DNA of 42,158 nucleotides from a virus (lineage: Duplodnaviria; Caudoviricetes): the IMG/VR virus record IMGVR_UViG_3300033493_000003, positions 1-42,158 of that record. One strand, 5' to 3'. Below, one piece after another: positions 15,387 to 26,053 of this stretch (its first letter is position 1; each line of letters starts with the position of its first letter). The notes under the pieces are model-generated. The model was not told where the DNA came from and did no database searches. It worked only from the letters and a program-made list of their open reading frames with translations. The translations under genes and the position numbers were made by a program.

Positions 15387-17570
15387 TTATGGAGTGGTAT
15401 CAATGGGTATACAGTACCAATTATACCCTGCATTGTATTCTGATCGGGTGCAACGTAAGGCATCTCCTGCGGCTATTGCAGTCCAATTTGCTCCTATGTT
15501 TCCCTTTAGATTACCTGATCCATCGAAGTACATATCGACTAAGGCATCATTGAATACTAATAGAATAGTTTGTCCTGTGTATCCACCCGCAATAGTTGAT
15601 ATATGTGCGGCAGTCCCGTCGGTAATATAATAAATATTACTCGATGTTGCAGTCATCGTGACTGAATCATTAGTGATTGCCGTAGTTTCAGTGTCGGTTA
15701 GGAACCTTGGATTAAATAAGTTCATAACTCTTAACTCTTGTGATGCTGAAAGCCACGAATAATCTGATATGGAGTCGGGAAAAATGCCATCAAACATATC
15801 TATCTTGTTGTTTTCTAGGCGTAAAAATCCTGAGGACGGTGCATGTGAAGCAAAAAGGAACTTATCCCCTACACTGGTAATTGATGTAGCTGAACCATCA
15901 TTTATACGCAGAAAATATTCGTTATCAAATACGTTGTTGTTTAATTTAATCACTCCGTAACTGGCTGCCGTTGAACTTACCGGAGTACCTATCGAATACT
16001 GTGCGGTATTTTTAAAGGTAGAGGAGTTTACATGCAAATACTCCATAGTAGATGCCACATCGGTAAATCCTAAGTCGATACTTGTCCAGGCATCCCCATA
16101 CAATCCGACTCCGCTATTCGCTGGCTTGTCATTGCTCCCGTCGAATACGCAATTATTGCATTCTACTTTCATGGCTAGGGTGTCATTGACTCCGCCGGTT
16201 GTATGTGTTTTCAACCAGATATCAACGTCAGTTGAATTCTTTTGAAAATTGCAGTAATTAAACTTTACGTCAGTGTTTGTTCCCTGTACGACTGCCGCCT
16301 GTTTGGCGTAGTCGTATATATTACCGAAGGTTACATTATTGAATACTGCTGTTGAAGAAATAATATTAAGTAAGTCAAATCCAGCATTCTTCAATGTCAT
16401 ATCCTGGACGACTACATTAGTAGAGGTATCCAGGATCATTGAGTACCCATAAGTATTCTCAATACTTCCGTTCTTTATTGTTACATTATCACTTCCAGAT
16501 AAATCCAATAATTCAGTAAACGCAAAATTACCGATATAGGCGTTTACTGGGATTAGATCAACTAGCCCTGGCGTAACTGTTACCACATTGCCGACAATCC
16601 CGGTAATGGTGTATGTGGTAGAATCTGTGCCAGCATAACTACACCGAAGATTACCCGAAATTCCAATCATTGGGGCGAGCTCCGAGGCATCCGCGACGGT
16701 GATCTCTGTAGCCCCCAACGCGGCCTGAACGCTTACTTTTGCCTTTCTAAGGTTTCCATACAAACTGCCACCGCCAAGGTCAATAGTGGTATTATCCCCA
16801 ACTATGATACTATTGTCGGTGGACTTGAGTACACTACCATTGAGGGTGATAATTGTATCGGCGTCAAACGTTATAGAGGAAACGACACAGGTCCTTCCAA
16901 CAGGGAATACTATGTCATCACTGGCCGTATTAGCTGACGAGATGGCGGTGGTGTCGTCCGTAGATCCATCGCACTTAGACCCGAAATCAACAATCTTAGC
17001 GCCAGTAGGGTCAATCGAGAATGTCCATGCCTCTGAACCATCTCCACCAGTTGGGACGATTACAGATCCCCCATTATCTGTGTATGTCCCTGGAAGTGCT
17101 CCAGACACCCAATGCCGAGTAGGCCCGCTCCCGCCGTCTCCCGCCGAGTAATACCCCAGCAAGTTGATATCACTAACACCGGTAGACCCGGTTAACAACC
17201 TTAGGGCAGCTATAGTAGATACCGTGCTTACTCTGGTATCAGCCTCACCAATACCGCTCGTGTTATCATTAGTCCAGATAGTCGACCCAGTTGAAGTTTT
17301 GAGGACGAGTTTGGTGGCTCCTGACACATAGACTGACGCCTCCCCCCGTGCTGATAGCACTACAGGATTAGGGTTGGCAGCCGCCCCATTTTTATCCGCG
17401 TAGGTGGCTTTTGGGGTGGTAGTTCCAGGCTCATAGCTATATAGCAGCCCCCCAGATAGGGGGGCTCCGGCGTTTGACAGCGCCTGGAATTTTGGATACA
17501 CCACCATATCCAGCCCGTACGCCGTAGACCCGGCCAGCACTAAAAATAAGGTGAGAAAAAATCTGATCAT
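15387..17570 (-). CDS. Tailspike / beta-helix receptor-binding protein
   Basis: N-terminal adaptor GAPLSGGLLYSYEPGTTTPKATY...NPNPVVL; DFGSKCDGSTDDTTAI pectate-lyase-like start; Asn/Thr-rich, AT-rich body. Confidence 0.8.
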   Translation of the reverse strand: MIRFFLTLFLVLAGSTAYGLDMVVYPKFQALSNAGAPLSGGLLYSYEPGTTTPKATYADKNGAAANPNPVVLSARGEASVYVSGATKLVLKTSTGSTIWTNDNTSGIGEADTRVSTVSTIAALRLLTGSTGVSDINLLGYYSAGDGGSGPTRHWVSGALPGTYTDNGGSVIVPTGGDGSEAWTFSIDPTGAKIVDFGSKCDGSTDDTTAISSANTASDDIVFPVGRTCVVSSITFDADTIITLNGSVLKSTDNSIIVGDNTTIDLGGGSLYGNLRKAKVSVQAALGATEITVADASELAPMIGISGNLRCSYAGTDSTTYTITGIVGNVVTVTPGLVDLIPVNAYIGNFAFTELLDLSGSDNVTIKNGSIENTYGYSMILDTSTNVVVQDMTLKNAGFDLLNIISSTAVFNNVTFGNIYDYAKQAAVVQGTNTDVKFNYCNFQKNSTDVDIWLKTHTTGGVNDTLAMKVECNNCVFDGSNDKPANSGVGLYGDAWTSIDLGFTDVASTMEYLHVNSSTFKNTAQYSIGTPVSSTAASYGVIKLNNNVFDNEYFLRINDGSATSITSVGDKFLFASHAPSSGFLRLENNKIDMFDGIFPDSISDYSWLSASQELRVMNLFNPRFLTDTETTAITNDSVTMTATSSNIYYITDGTAAHISTIAGGYTGQTILLVFNDALVDMYFDGSGNLKGNIGANWTAIAAGDALRCTRSEYNAGYNWYCIPIDTTP

Positions 17571-19645
17571 CGGGTTAAATCCTCCAAAGGGCTGGTTACC
17601 GCCATGCCCGCTCCAGCAGCGGATATGGCACCTCGTTTTGCCCGGTCGGCCAGTACGGTCGACAAGGCGTTTAGTTGTTCCGACGTTGGCCGGGACAACA
17701 AGATATTCCCAATAGCATTTCGCACTGGCTCTGGGGTGGCCACACGGTTATACATCCGCCCTATCGTACTGAGGGCTTCGGGGAGGTTGGACGGGGTGAC
17801 CCCCCGATATAATTCCCCCATGTCCCGGAGCACTGAAGAGTTAAGGTCTTCCGCCGCGGCCTCCCGTAAGAACGTCTGCGACCCACCCCCCACGGCGTCA
17901 AGGCGCTTGATTCTAGCCTCCTTAGCGATCGCCGATGCGAATTTCCGGAACTGTTTTTGATCGCCGAAAATTTCCTTGATCTTGTCCGCTATTTTCGGGT
18001 CACGACCCATGTGCATGATCTGAGTTATTCCAGGGGCGGACCCCAATTTATCTCGCAGGCCCTCGTAGGCCCCTACCTTAAAAGCCTGTAGTTCGGATTC
18101 GCTAAGCCCCTGGGTCAGTTCACGGACCGCCGCGTCATCCTTTGACATTGCGGTCCTCCCTAGTTTCGCAGCCGTCTTCATGGCCGCCGGCCCGGCAAAC
18201 GCGTCGCGGGCCGCTCTATACGTCGACACTCCCGTAGTAGGGTCGACTGTGGCCTGGTCGATCAAGGACAGGTAGTGGTTTTTCAGCTGGATCAGCGACT
18301 TTCCATAGTTAGTGTACCGACCCTCTGAGAACTCCCCCTCGATTAGCCGGTCAATGCCACGCTTTGCGTTATCCAGGTCCCGCAATCGGACCGTAGGGTA
18401 CCCCACGGTTTGCGAAGTCACGTCAAGTTTAGGGCCGGTAATGGGGAGTGTGAATGCTGCTTCCGGTCCTAGACGCCCGACATCTGCGTTAGCGATCTCT
18501 GCCGCCGCCTTGAAACCCCCGGCCTTTTTTATGGACTCCAACGCCCGTACCAGTTCAGGACCAGGGGTGATTGACTGTTGATGCAGGGCGGTATAGAGAG
18601 GCCCCGCCTCCACAGCCTGTTTTTCGGTGAGGATTTCAAGAAGATCTCCGGCCCTGCCCCCTCCGGGGGAAAGTCCCTCAGCGGCAGACCCCTGAAGGAC
18701 CCGGCTCCGGGTATTCACCCTCCTGGCTGTCAGTGCCCCGGCTTTGCTCCCGGTTGTCCCCGGCATTGATGCCATGAGGTCGAGCTGTTGTCTTGTGGCC
18801 GCCCCGGATTGTGGGCCGGCATCCGCCAGCACCGCTCGGGGACCGAGTTTCTCCAATCGTCCAGTAAACTTGCGGATAGCCAGAGGCAATACATCCACAT
18901 CCGCCACATCCTCCAACCCGCCCATAGCCGCCCGGGTATCTCGGATCATGGCGCGAACAACCTGCTGCCTGGCCAGCGTTTCGGCTACTTTGGGGGCTAC
19001 TTTCGCGGCCCCCGCCCGAAGTGCCGACCCTACTCCGGCCCCAAAACCCTGCAGCACAGGGCCGCCGATCACCCCGGCCGCCAGCCCGATGCCCGCGCCG
19101 GCCGGAATATCCCCGGTCGTCTCCGCCTCCCCCGCCCCTTGGAGCGCCCCAGACGCCCCGCCTATAACCGCCGCGTTTTTTAACGTCTGGCCAACGGTGG
19201 TAGGGGCGGCCAGAAATTGAGGGAGTCGGGCGGCCAGTTTGGCTCCGAGAAGTTTACCGCCCCCGGCCATACCGGTAGCCATTCCCCCAGCTATAGTGCC
19301 TAGCAGTGCGGATTTTGGATATTGCTGCTTTAACCGCTCGATAGTGGCCCGGGTGCGCTCCTTTTCCCCCTCCCCTGCGACTAGCCCGACCAGCTCATCC
19401 CCGAACCCGAATAGTGGGGCCTGGGCTATGTTCATAGCTGAGGCTACAGCTGGAGGAACGTCGTATGGTTCGGCGGCGGGCGTATGGGCCGCCATTAACT
19501 CTTGGCCCGCAGGCGGAGCTGGTATGGTGGCTGGGACTGAGTGTTGGGCTTTGACGCGGGCTAAGGCCTCTTCCTGTGTGGACCCTTCCGGCGCGGTCAC
19601 ACGGTACGTCTTGCCGTCTGGCGAGGTTATGCGGAAGGTAGGCAT
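17567..19645 (-). CDS. Putative DNA ejection (internal virion) protein
   Basis: FRITSPDGKTYRVTAPEG N-terminus; Ala/Gly-rich; third of three ejection-type genes. Confidence 0.65.
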   Translation of the reverse strand: MPTFRITSPDGKTYRVTAPEGSTQEEALARVKAQHSVPATIPAPPAGQELMAAHTPAAEPYDVPPAVASAMNIAQAPLFGFGDELVGLVAGEGEKERTRATIERLKQQYPKSALLGTIAGGMATGMAGGGKLLGAKLAARLPQFLAAPTTVGQTLKNAAVIGGASGALQGAGEAETTGDIPAGAGIGLAAGVIGGPVLQGFGAGVGSALRAGAAKVAPKVAETLARQQVVRAMIRDTRAAMGGLEDVADVDVLPLAIRKFTGRLEKLGPRAVLADAGPQSGAATRQQLDLMASMPGTTGSKAGALTARRVNTRSRVLQGSAAEGLSPGGGRAGDLLEILTEKQAVEAGPLYTALHQQSITPGPELVRALESIKKAGGFKAAAEIANADVGRLGPEAAFTLPITGPKLDVTSQTVGYPTVRLRDLDNAKRGIDRLIEGEFSEGRYTNYGKSLIQLKNHYLSLIDQATVDPTTGVSTYRAARDAFAGPAAMKTAAKLGRTAMSKDDAAVRELTQGLSESELQAFKVGAYEGLRDKLGSAPGITQIMHMGRDPKIADKIKEIFGDQKQFRKFASAIAKEARIKRLDAVGGGSQTFLREAAAEDLNSSVLRDMGELYRGVTPSNLPEALSTIGRMYNRVATPEPVRNAIGNILLSRPTSEQLNALSTVLADRAKRGAISAAGAGMAVTSPLEDLTR

Positions 19646-19649
19646 GGCT

Positions 19650-20840
19650 CTACGGCTCCTCGACGATTGACCAGCCGTCGTTGGCTGGGGGTGCTTGTTG
19701 CCCGCGATTAATTATGATGTTTCCCGGGTCAACTCCGTACGCATTGGCCCGCTGTTGATAGCTGGCATCAACCCCGCGTTGCGCCTCGGTAACCTCCCCC
19801 CATAGAGTGTCAGCAGCGGCCTTTAGGTTCTGCGCCTGCGCTGGGGTCATTACCTTTCCGGATTTCATGGTATTAACCAGGTTGGCGGCCCGGTCGAACC
19901 ACCCAGACGCATTGAGCGCCATCCCCAGTTCAGATTCCCGGACAACCGAGTTCGGGTCCAATATCTTCATGAACGCGGTCCCGGCGGCCAGGGCGCTTCC
20001 GGGGTTTGTAGTGGCCGTAGGAATGGCACTCAAAACCTTACGCATAGCACTGGCTGTCTCCGCGAACCCCTTAGACTCCGTCCGGTAGTCGTCGGCCAGC
20101 TTCATCTCCACATCGGTTTGGCGCTTCATCCCCGCCGCATCCCGGACGGCTTGGTTAGCATCTATCTGAGCAGCCAGCCTGCCGCGAGAAAGGGCTAACT
20201 CCTCCGCCTGACCCGGTCCGAGGGTCTTTGGAATGGCCCGGGCGGTCAGAGTAATCGCCCCGGTCAACGGATCCTGGCCAATCGGCTGGATCTCCCCGTT
20301 CAAGTCCATCGTGGAGAACTTGGTCATCAGCTTATCCGCCTCCACCGCGTGGCCTGCCGCCCAGATTCTAACCTGATCAGGGGTCATCTGTTGTACTTTG
20401 GCGATGTCCGCAGACATATCCACACCCGTGGCCGCCCCGAGCTCCTGCAAAGCGGCAAGTGCGGTTTCCGGCCTGGGGTCCGCGAAGACGCGGGTGGCGT
20501 ATGTCTTCATTAGCTTGGTCTGATACATCGCCATTGACAGCCGGTCTTTTCGCTGCGCGGCCAGTTGCTTATCAATCTCCATCGCTGGTTTATACTGACC
20601 GGCCCCCAGAAGTTGTTCTCTGGCCGCGGTAAGATCCCCGCCTGATCGAGCAAACGCCCCCCGGGTGGCGGCCTCGTCGGCCATTGATTGTTCCGCCTGC
20701 TGGAGTTTCAGCGCGTTTACCCGCTGCTCCTGCCCGGCCAATGCTTCTGCCATAGCGTTTTGACGGCCAGCCCGAAATGATCCGGCTATCTTTGCGGGCA
20801 TCTCAGTGTCAAGTATGCCGAAATTAATCTCCCCTACCAT
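19650..20840 (-). CDS. Putative DNA ejection protein
   Basis: Helical Ala/Gln-rich; FMKILDPNSVVRESE motif; synteny. Confidence 0.65.
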   Translation of the reverse strand: MVGEINFGILDTEMPAKIAGSFRAGRQNAMAEALAGQEQRVNALKLQQAEQSMADEAATRGAFARSGGDLTAAREQLLGAGQYKPAMEIDKQLAAQRKDRLSMAMYQTKLMKTYATRVFADPRPETALAALQELGAATGVDMSADIAKVQQMTPDQVRIWAAGHAVEADKLMTKFSTMDLNGEIQPIGQDPLTGAITLTARAIPKTLGPGQAEELALSRGRLAAQIDANQAVRDAAGMKRQTDVEMKLADDYRTESKGFAETASAMRKVLSAIPTATTNPGSALAAGTAFMKILDPNSVVRESELGMALNASGWFDRAANLVNTMKSGKVMTPAQAQNLKAAADTLWGEVTEAQRGVDASYQQRANAYGVDPGNIIINRGQQAPPANDGWSIVEEP

Positions 20841-20849
20841 ATCCGCCCC

Positions 20850-21971
20850 CTAATACAGAGAATAGTCGTACCCGCTGCTAACTATCGTATTCCCGGGGGT
20901 GTTCATCAGATTTCCTCCTCCACCCCCAAACCACCCGCCGATTTTGTTACCGACGGCCCCCCAGTCCACCGACCCGAGCGCGTTGCCGATTCCTTGGTAC
21001 ATGGACCCCCGGACGTTAGCCCCAGACAACCCGGCATTAGCCACATTCGCTGCGCTGGTCAGCCCTATGTTGCCGACATTTGACGCGTAATTCTGACCCG
21101 CCTGCCCAAGAGCGGCATTGGCAGTCTGTCCCAACCCGGCGATATTCGCCAGCCGGTTGTATTTGGTGGTTTGCTGTGTGTTGAAACGGTTAAATGCGTT
21201 TTGATACTCGTTCGCTCCGTAGTCCTGGCTGAAACGGGTAATGCCTTTCAGCGCCGACCCACTCAGGAGCCCCCCACGCGCCGCTGCGGATCGCTCTAGT
21301 GCTTTCACCTCTTCACTTAGGCGAAACTGATACCCAGGGTCCATGGTAAGGTCGCTAGGCCGGAACTCCTGGGTTAATGCGCCACGCTGGCCTGTCCCCT
21401 GGAACTCACGGCCTCTTGTCGCCTGCTCCGCCATATAAGCATCGACGGCTGCGTTGAGCCTCTGTTCATCTATCCCCCTACCATCTCCTGATACACCCCC
21501 AGCGCCTACCTGATACCAGTTTCCCCGGGCGTCCTGGACCATAAACCCGCCGGATGGCTGTTGTCGCTGCTGCTGGAATAGAAGGCTGTTAGCCACGTTT
21601 CGGTCTCCGGAGGGAACGAACGTAAATGCCCCTGTTTCCGGGTCTCGAAGCATCGGAATAGCGTTACCCCCAGCCATTGCGTTGGTATACTGGGGGGCCA
21701 AACGAGCACGCACCTGCTCTCTAGTTTCAGGCGTAAACGAATAGTCCGCCCGTGCCGGTATCCCCATCTCCCAGGCCAGTTCATTGAGCGCCCCAGTTCC
21801 GACCGACCGCCACGGCGCTTGGTCCGCCCTGGTCTGCTGGTAAATGTCCTTTTGCAGCTGGGTTGCTTCTGACGCCGCCTGTGATGATAGCCGGGCCGCC
21901 TCTTCCGTGGCCCCCGCCTGCTCCTTCCCCCCTAGAAAACTTCCTACCGCCTCGACTATGCCCCCCATCAC
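20850..21971 (-). CDS. DNA transfer/ejection protein (P22 gp7-like)
   Basis: DPGYQFRL...ALERSAAARGGLLSGSALKGI; Gly/Ala/Gln-rich. Confidence 0.7.
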   Translation of the reverse strand: MMGGIVEAVGSFLGGKEQAGATEEAARLSSQAASEATQLQKDIYQQTRADQAPWRSVGTGALNELAWEMGIPARADYSFTPETREQVRARLAPQYTNAMAGGNAIPMLRDPETGAFTFVPSGDRNVANSLLFQQQRQQPSGGFMVQDARGNWYQVGAGGVSGDGRGIDEQRLNAAVDAYMAEQATRGREFQGTGQRGALTQEFRPSDLTMDPGYQFRLSEEVKALERSAAARGGLLSGSALKGITRFSQDYGANEYQNAFNRFNTQQTTKYNRLANIAGLGQTANAALGQAGQNYASNVGNIGLTSAANVANAGLSGANVRGSMYQGIGNALGSVDWGAVGNKIGGWFGGGGGNLMNTPGNTIVSSGYDYSLY

Positions 21972-22324
21972 CGCGCCTCCAGTCTGATCATGCCGCCATC
22001 GTGGCCGATTTCGGTGAACCCAAATCCCTTAGCCAGCCGTAGGGATGCCGAATTGTCCCTATGTATTCGTACCACCGTCGCCCCGTATCGAGCAATCATT
22101 TTCCGCACATACTCCCGGATTGTCGATCTTACCCGCCATCGGCCGCCCCGTCTTTCCGGAAGGATGAATAGGTCAAATTCATTTCCTATCGCCACAAAGG
22201 CCCCGCCGTCAAACTCTTCGATCTCCGCTCCGGTCTCTATTCTCTCTCTGGTGTCAGGGGAAGGAATGAGCCCCCTATACCGGGCCATAGTCTCACAGAT
22301 GACCGCCCACACCCCGTCGGTCAT
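21968..22324 (-). CDS. GNAT-like acetyltransferase (virion module)
   Basis: IHRDNSASLRLAKGFGFTEIG motif; start re-called at ATG 22324. Confidence 0.7.
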   Translation of the reverse strand: MTDGVWAVICETMARYRGLIPSPDTRERIETGAEIEEFDGGAFVAIGNEFDLFILPERRGGRWRVRSTIREYVRKMIARYGATVVRIHRDNSASLRLAKGFGFTEIGHDGGMIRLEAR

Positions 22325-22752
22325 TTCCCCCCGGTGATGGCCTTGAGCACTGCGCCCCCAGCCCCCATCCGTTCTGCGCTCCTGCCGATCATCCAAGTGG
22401 ATACCACCCCGCCCCACGCCCACCAGAACTCAGGCGGGAGGGATAGCGCGGGAACCGTCTGCCTGGACCAAAAAGTGAACATCGGAAAAAGCACGTGCAC
22501 CAGGCCAATGAACGCCAAACCCGCATAAATTACGGTTGGCCTGGCTCTCTTAGTGTACTCATCGCCCTGAGAAAGTTCTGCCTTCAGAATCTCAGACCGC
22601 AGGCCGTCGCGGGTTAGCTCCCGCTGTTCCAGAGCGGCTATAAGACCGGCCTGCACCTGCGCCCGTTCTACTTCGGTCATCTGCTTGGGCCAGAACCGGT
22701 CCATGATCCCCGTCGCGAAATCTGCCACACTTCCTACGCCCGTCAAATCCAT
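22321..22752 (-). CDS. Holin (3TM/GTA-type)
   Basis: RARPTVIY plus hydrophobic segments, GRSAER ending; next to lysozyme. Confidence 0.75.
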   Translation of the reverse strand: MDLTGVGSVADFATGIMDRFWPKQMTEVERAQVQAGLIAALEQRELTRDGLRSEILKAELSQGDEYTKRARPTVIYAGLAFIGLVHVLFPMFTFWSRQTVPALSLPPEFWWAWGGVVSTWMIGRSAERMGAGGAVLKAITGGK

Positions 22753-23180
22753 TACCGCACCCCCTTACCCGTCCGCATTATCTCTGCCAGCTCTACGGCT
22801 CTATGGCCTACCTGTTTGGCCCATCGACTGTCCATCATATGGTTAGCAGCCTCTAAGAAATCCCCTCGCTCCGCCGCACCCAGCATATGATCGAATCCTA
22901 GCAGCCCGTTAACCCCCAGGTTAAACGCCATCATCACCAGGACATTAAGCCGGGCGGAGTCTAGGCGGTACGTCCAGGGGAGTTGTGACAGCACTCCCCG
23001 CAAGCACCGCGCCACATCCGTCCCCAGCATGGCCATAGCCTCAGAGGAAGAAATACCTACATCGTCAAGATTGCGGCCAACCCCGATAGTTAATTTTCCG
23101 GAGGGGCAATAGTAGGGCTTCAACCTCAGTCCTTCGTGTCGGATCAGCATTTCTGTCAGGGTCTCAGTTTCAGGCATCAT
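22752..23180 (-). CDS. Endolysin, T4-type lysozyme (GH24)
   Basis: HEGLRLKPYYCPSGKLTIGVGRNL...MAFNLG...SRWAKQVGHRA. Confidence 0.9.
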   Translation of the reverse strand: MMPETETLTEMLIRHEGLRLKPYYCPSGKLTIGVGRNLDDVGISSSEAMAMLGTDVARCLRGVLSQLPWTYRLDSARLNVLVMMAFNLGVNGLLGFDHMLGAAERGDFLEAANHMMDSRWAKQVGHRAVELAEIMRTGKGVR

Positions 23181-23343
23181 CTTCCCCGGCAACTATCGGT
23201 TTAAAATTTGGACACCCACAGCTGTACTTTGTGGTCAGCTTTGCGTGGGCGGTCTGCACCCCAGGTGGTAAGACTTTTTCCAGGCAAAAGACAAGTACGC
23301 TATCATATTCATGGTCAAAATGTCTACAGTCTCGGCACATCAT
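23170..23343 (-). CDS. 57-aa Cys-containing protein ([13 protein letters not shown]...CGCPNFKP)
   Basis: Fills the gap with overlapping start/stop on both sides; below ORF cutoff. Confidence 0.5.
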   Translation of the reverse strand: MMCRDCRHFDHEYDSVLVFCLEKVLPPGVQTAHAKLTTKYSCGCPNFKPIVAGEDDA

Positions 23344-23471
23344 TTCTTTTTGCTCTTACCCGCTTTGGAGTACGCAATAGCAACCGCCTGTTTCAGCGGG
23401 TGACCCCGCTTGATTTCGGTCCTGATGTTTTGCGCGATGACCTTTTTTGACGATCCTTTTTTAAGCGGCAT
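23340..23471 (-). CDS. Small basic phage protein ([38 protein letters not shown])
   Basis: Recognisable common phage motif QAVAIA; GGAGG SD. Confidence 0.75.
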   Translation of the reverse strand: MPLKKGSSKKVIAQNIRTEIKRGHPLKQAVAIAYSKAGKSKKK

Positions 23472-23826
23472 TCGTGGCCTCCTGATCGGTCTTTCGTCTT
23501 CTCCGCATCGGGCGAGATTCACTTCTAGGGCAGCACACCTCTATTGTCTCCCATAGGGCGTCAAACTCCCGACTGGTACTATTATGGCACTCTGTACATT
23601 GCCGAGTTTCGTCATTTTTGTGGCTGATATACGTCTCCCGCATCTCCTCCCATCGGGCCTTATCTTCAGCACGATTTTGTTGGTACAGGTATACCAGGAC
23701 CCCGCATAACGCCCCGACCATGATTATCACGACGGCGGAACTAATCCCCATCGACCACTTGAGGGCGGTTAGCATTCCAACCAACATGGGCCAATCAACA
23801 GCATCTGTTAAAGCATAATTAGTCAT
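23461..23826 (-). CDS. Membrane-anchored hypothetical protein
   Basis: N-terminal hydrophobic helix followed by charged coiled segment. Confidence 0.65.
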   Translation of the reverse strand: MTNYALTDAVDWPMLVGMLTALKWSMGISSAVVIIMVGALCGVLVYLYQQNRAEDKARWEEMRETYISHKNDETRQCTECHNSTSREFDALWETIEVCCPRSESRPMRRRRKTDQEATNAA

Positions 23827-25483
23827 AAATTACCTTGAAGTTAGAAGCTGCGCCAGAAATAACAAGGGTTAGGCCAATGTTGAATTGATCGTTGTTAAAG
23901 TCTAGACTGAATGGGGCAGTATTTGCCGCCATCGGACCACTATCCCATATGACTGTGCCACTTGCAGCGGTGTTGTCATATAGAAGTATTTGGCTGTTAT
24001 TTGCTACTCCAGAGACGATGGCCCCATGAATTGAACCAGCACCATATTTCAACACAACCCCAGCAGTTGTCCCTTGCTGAAAATATGAGTGAATTGCAGC
24101 ATCCGGTTCACTCAACGTAATCATACAGTGGGACAAAATATTTAAAGTAGTATTTGTAGAGGCACCTCCAGTATTAATATTACTGGAATATAAATAGAAC
24201 TCCTGGGTGTCTGCCCAGGTAGTGGTTGTTGCGGATACTGTGTGGAGTAATTTACCATTGACAGTAAACCATACAAATCTTGAATTAAAGAAAATCTCAA
24301 ATAGGTATATTTGATCGGAAGATAGGGTTAATGAGGCTCCATATGCTCCGTTAAAACTCCCACTCGATACGACTGTTGCTGAGCCGGTCTTTGTTGTTAT
24401 TACACTCAGACCGTTAGTGGAGTTCAATCGAAAATATGCACCGTCAAGGATTGAGGGCATAGTGGAGCCATAGACGCTCCCCCAGACACGAGTATTACCC
24501 GCTACAGTTACATCACTCAGGTACGCCACGATTCGACATGCGTGTGATTGTGACGGGGCATAGCGTCCACGAGTTCTGGAATATAGTTTTGCAGACCCAT
24601 TGGCGGTAGTGTTTGTTGCAAGCGTGGCAAAGCCATTTGCTTGTGTTATAGTACCACCATTAGCGACTGTAGTACTCCAGTAATTAGGATCAAGTGTAGT
24701 TCCTTCGAATCTGGCACCAATCTGAATTGATGGGATGATTACTCGTGTTTCCTGATTAGGGGTATATGCGGCCCGGAAATTGAAATGGTCATAGGAACCA
24801 TGAATAGCCGTCATTAGATGTCCTTCAGAATCAAGACTACGGGGCAGAGGCTCGCTGATGGGGACAAGAGTTGTGGAAAGTCTAAAATATGTTGTTGTGG
24901 CGGAATTTATATTTGTTACTCTAACGCGAAAATAGTCTGAGACTAGTTTTACCGGGAGACCGAAATTGTCTACTTGAGCATTATATTCAAATGGATCAGC
25001 AATGTCCCAGTTCGTATTATCCGTTGACTGATCCACATAGACAAGGCAATCCTTGTCTGTTTTCAAGACAATGTGAACACAATTACCCCCGGTACAAGAA
25101 ACACCAGTACCCGTAAAAGTAGCTCCTGCGGCTAGATTTGCCGTGGAACTATTTCCAGCGGAAACGAGTGCAGTCTGAATAGCATGTACCCCAGAATGCC
25201 AATCACCAGCAATATCCTGTGTGAAATGTACTACGTTACCAGAGGCGTCTACAAGTTGAGTTTTCTGGCTACCATCAGATAATCCAGTATCCACCAGACC
25301 AACAGAGGTATTAATCGTGTCCAGTTTGGTATTTGTTGAAGTAATAAGAGTCTCAATTCCATCAACGTGGCCAATCATCGTGGCCTGGTTTTCAGCGGTT
25401 GCGGGATTGATTATTGTCGCCCCGTCCGCCGTCTCTAGGCGGGTTACCGGATCGCTAGTGGTCGTAATGCTGCTGGCCGTCAT
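23819..25483 (-). CDS. Putative tail fibre / receptor-binding virion protein
   Basis: Thr/Ser/Gly-rich beta protein in tail cluster; AT-richer than flanks. Confidence 0.6.
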   Translation of the reverse strand: MTASSITTTSDPVTRLETADGATIINPATAENQATMIGHVDGIETLITSTNTKLDTINTSVGLVDTGLSDGSQKTQLVDASGNVVHFTQDIAGDWHSGVHAIQTALVSAGNSSTANLAAGATFTGTGVSCTGGNCVHIVLKTDKDCLVYVDQSTDNTNWDIADPFEYNAQVDNFGLPVKLVSDYFRVRVTNINSATTTYFRLSTTLVPISEPLPRSLDSEGHLMTAIHGSYDHFNFRAAYTPNQETRVIIPSIQIGARFEGTTLDPNYWSTTVANGGTITQANGFATLATNTTANGSAKLYSRTRGRYAPSQSHACRIVAYLSDVTVAGNTRVWGSVYGSTMPSILDGAYFRLNSTNGLSVITTKTGSATVVSSGSFNGAYGASLTLSSDQIYLFEIFFNSRFVWFTVNGKLLHTVSATTTTWADTQEFYLYSSNINTGGASTNTTLNILSHCMITLSEPDAAIHSYFQQGTTAGVVLKYGAGSIHGAIVSGVANNSQILLYDNTAASGTVIWDSGPMAANTAPFSLDFNNDQFNIGLTLVISGAASNFKVIYD

Positions 25484-25824
25484 ACTGTAACCTCAATGCC
25501 GCTTACCGCCATGCTGATCACTCCGGCCGATGACGCCAATGCTTGAATGAACCCGCCAGGGGACATTACCTTAGAGAGCCCGAATATCCTTGTTTCATTG
25601 GGCAGCACGGTTAGGGAATTGACGATAGTGTTGGCCGCCGCTGCCGACCCACCGGATGGGACCACATAAATGGTCGCGGTGCGGGCTACGGTGTCGGTAT
25701 TACACAGGATGATTTCCTTAACGATGGCTTTCAGGTCGGTTGCTCCAGACGGGGCCGTGTAATACGTCGCTGCTACCGCCGTTAGCGCCGATCCAGGAGT
25801 CATGTCTTTGGGGGTATAGATCAT
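25480..25824 (-). CDS. Small virion/tail protein
   Basis: YYTAPSG...IILCNTD beta-sandwich pattern; synteny. Confidence 0.65.
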   Translation of the reverse strand: MIYTPKDMTPGSALTAVAATYYTAPSGATDLKAIVKEIILCNTDTVARTATIYVVPSGGSAAAANTIVNSLTVLPNETRIFGLSKVMSPGGFIQALASSAGVISMAVSGIEVTV

Positions 25825-25828
25825 GTCG

Positions 25829-26053
25829 TCACATCCACAGGAGAGCTTGTTGTTCGTCTGGAAAACGCTGGCCCACTTGCTGGCCAGGAAACGTCATCAT
25901 GGCTGATTGTGTGAATTCTGAGTCTGTAACATCAATAGCGGTATCCAGTTCTTGGCGAGCACTGAGTAAGAATAGATACCACTCGTGACGGATCTTACCG
26001 GTTCTTGGGTCTATCAGATCGGCCCTAGCAGGTGGGATTGCTGGTATGGTCAT
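25829..26053 (-). CDS. Small tail-associated protein
   Basis: IPPARADLIDPRTGKIRHEWYLF; directly after gp10-like gene. Confidence 0.65.
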   Translation of the reverse strand: MTIPAIPPARADLIDPRTGKIRHEWYLFLLSARQELDTAIDVTDSEFTQSAMMTFPGQQVGQRFPDEQQALLWM

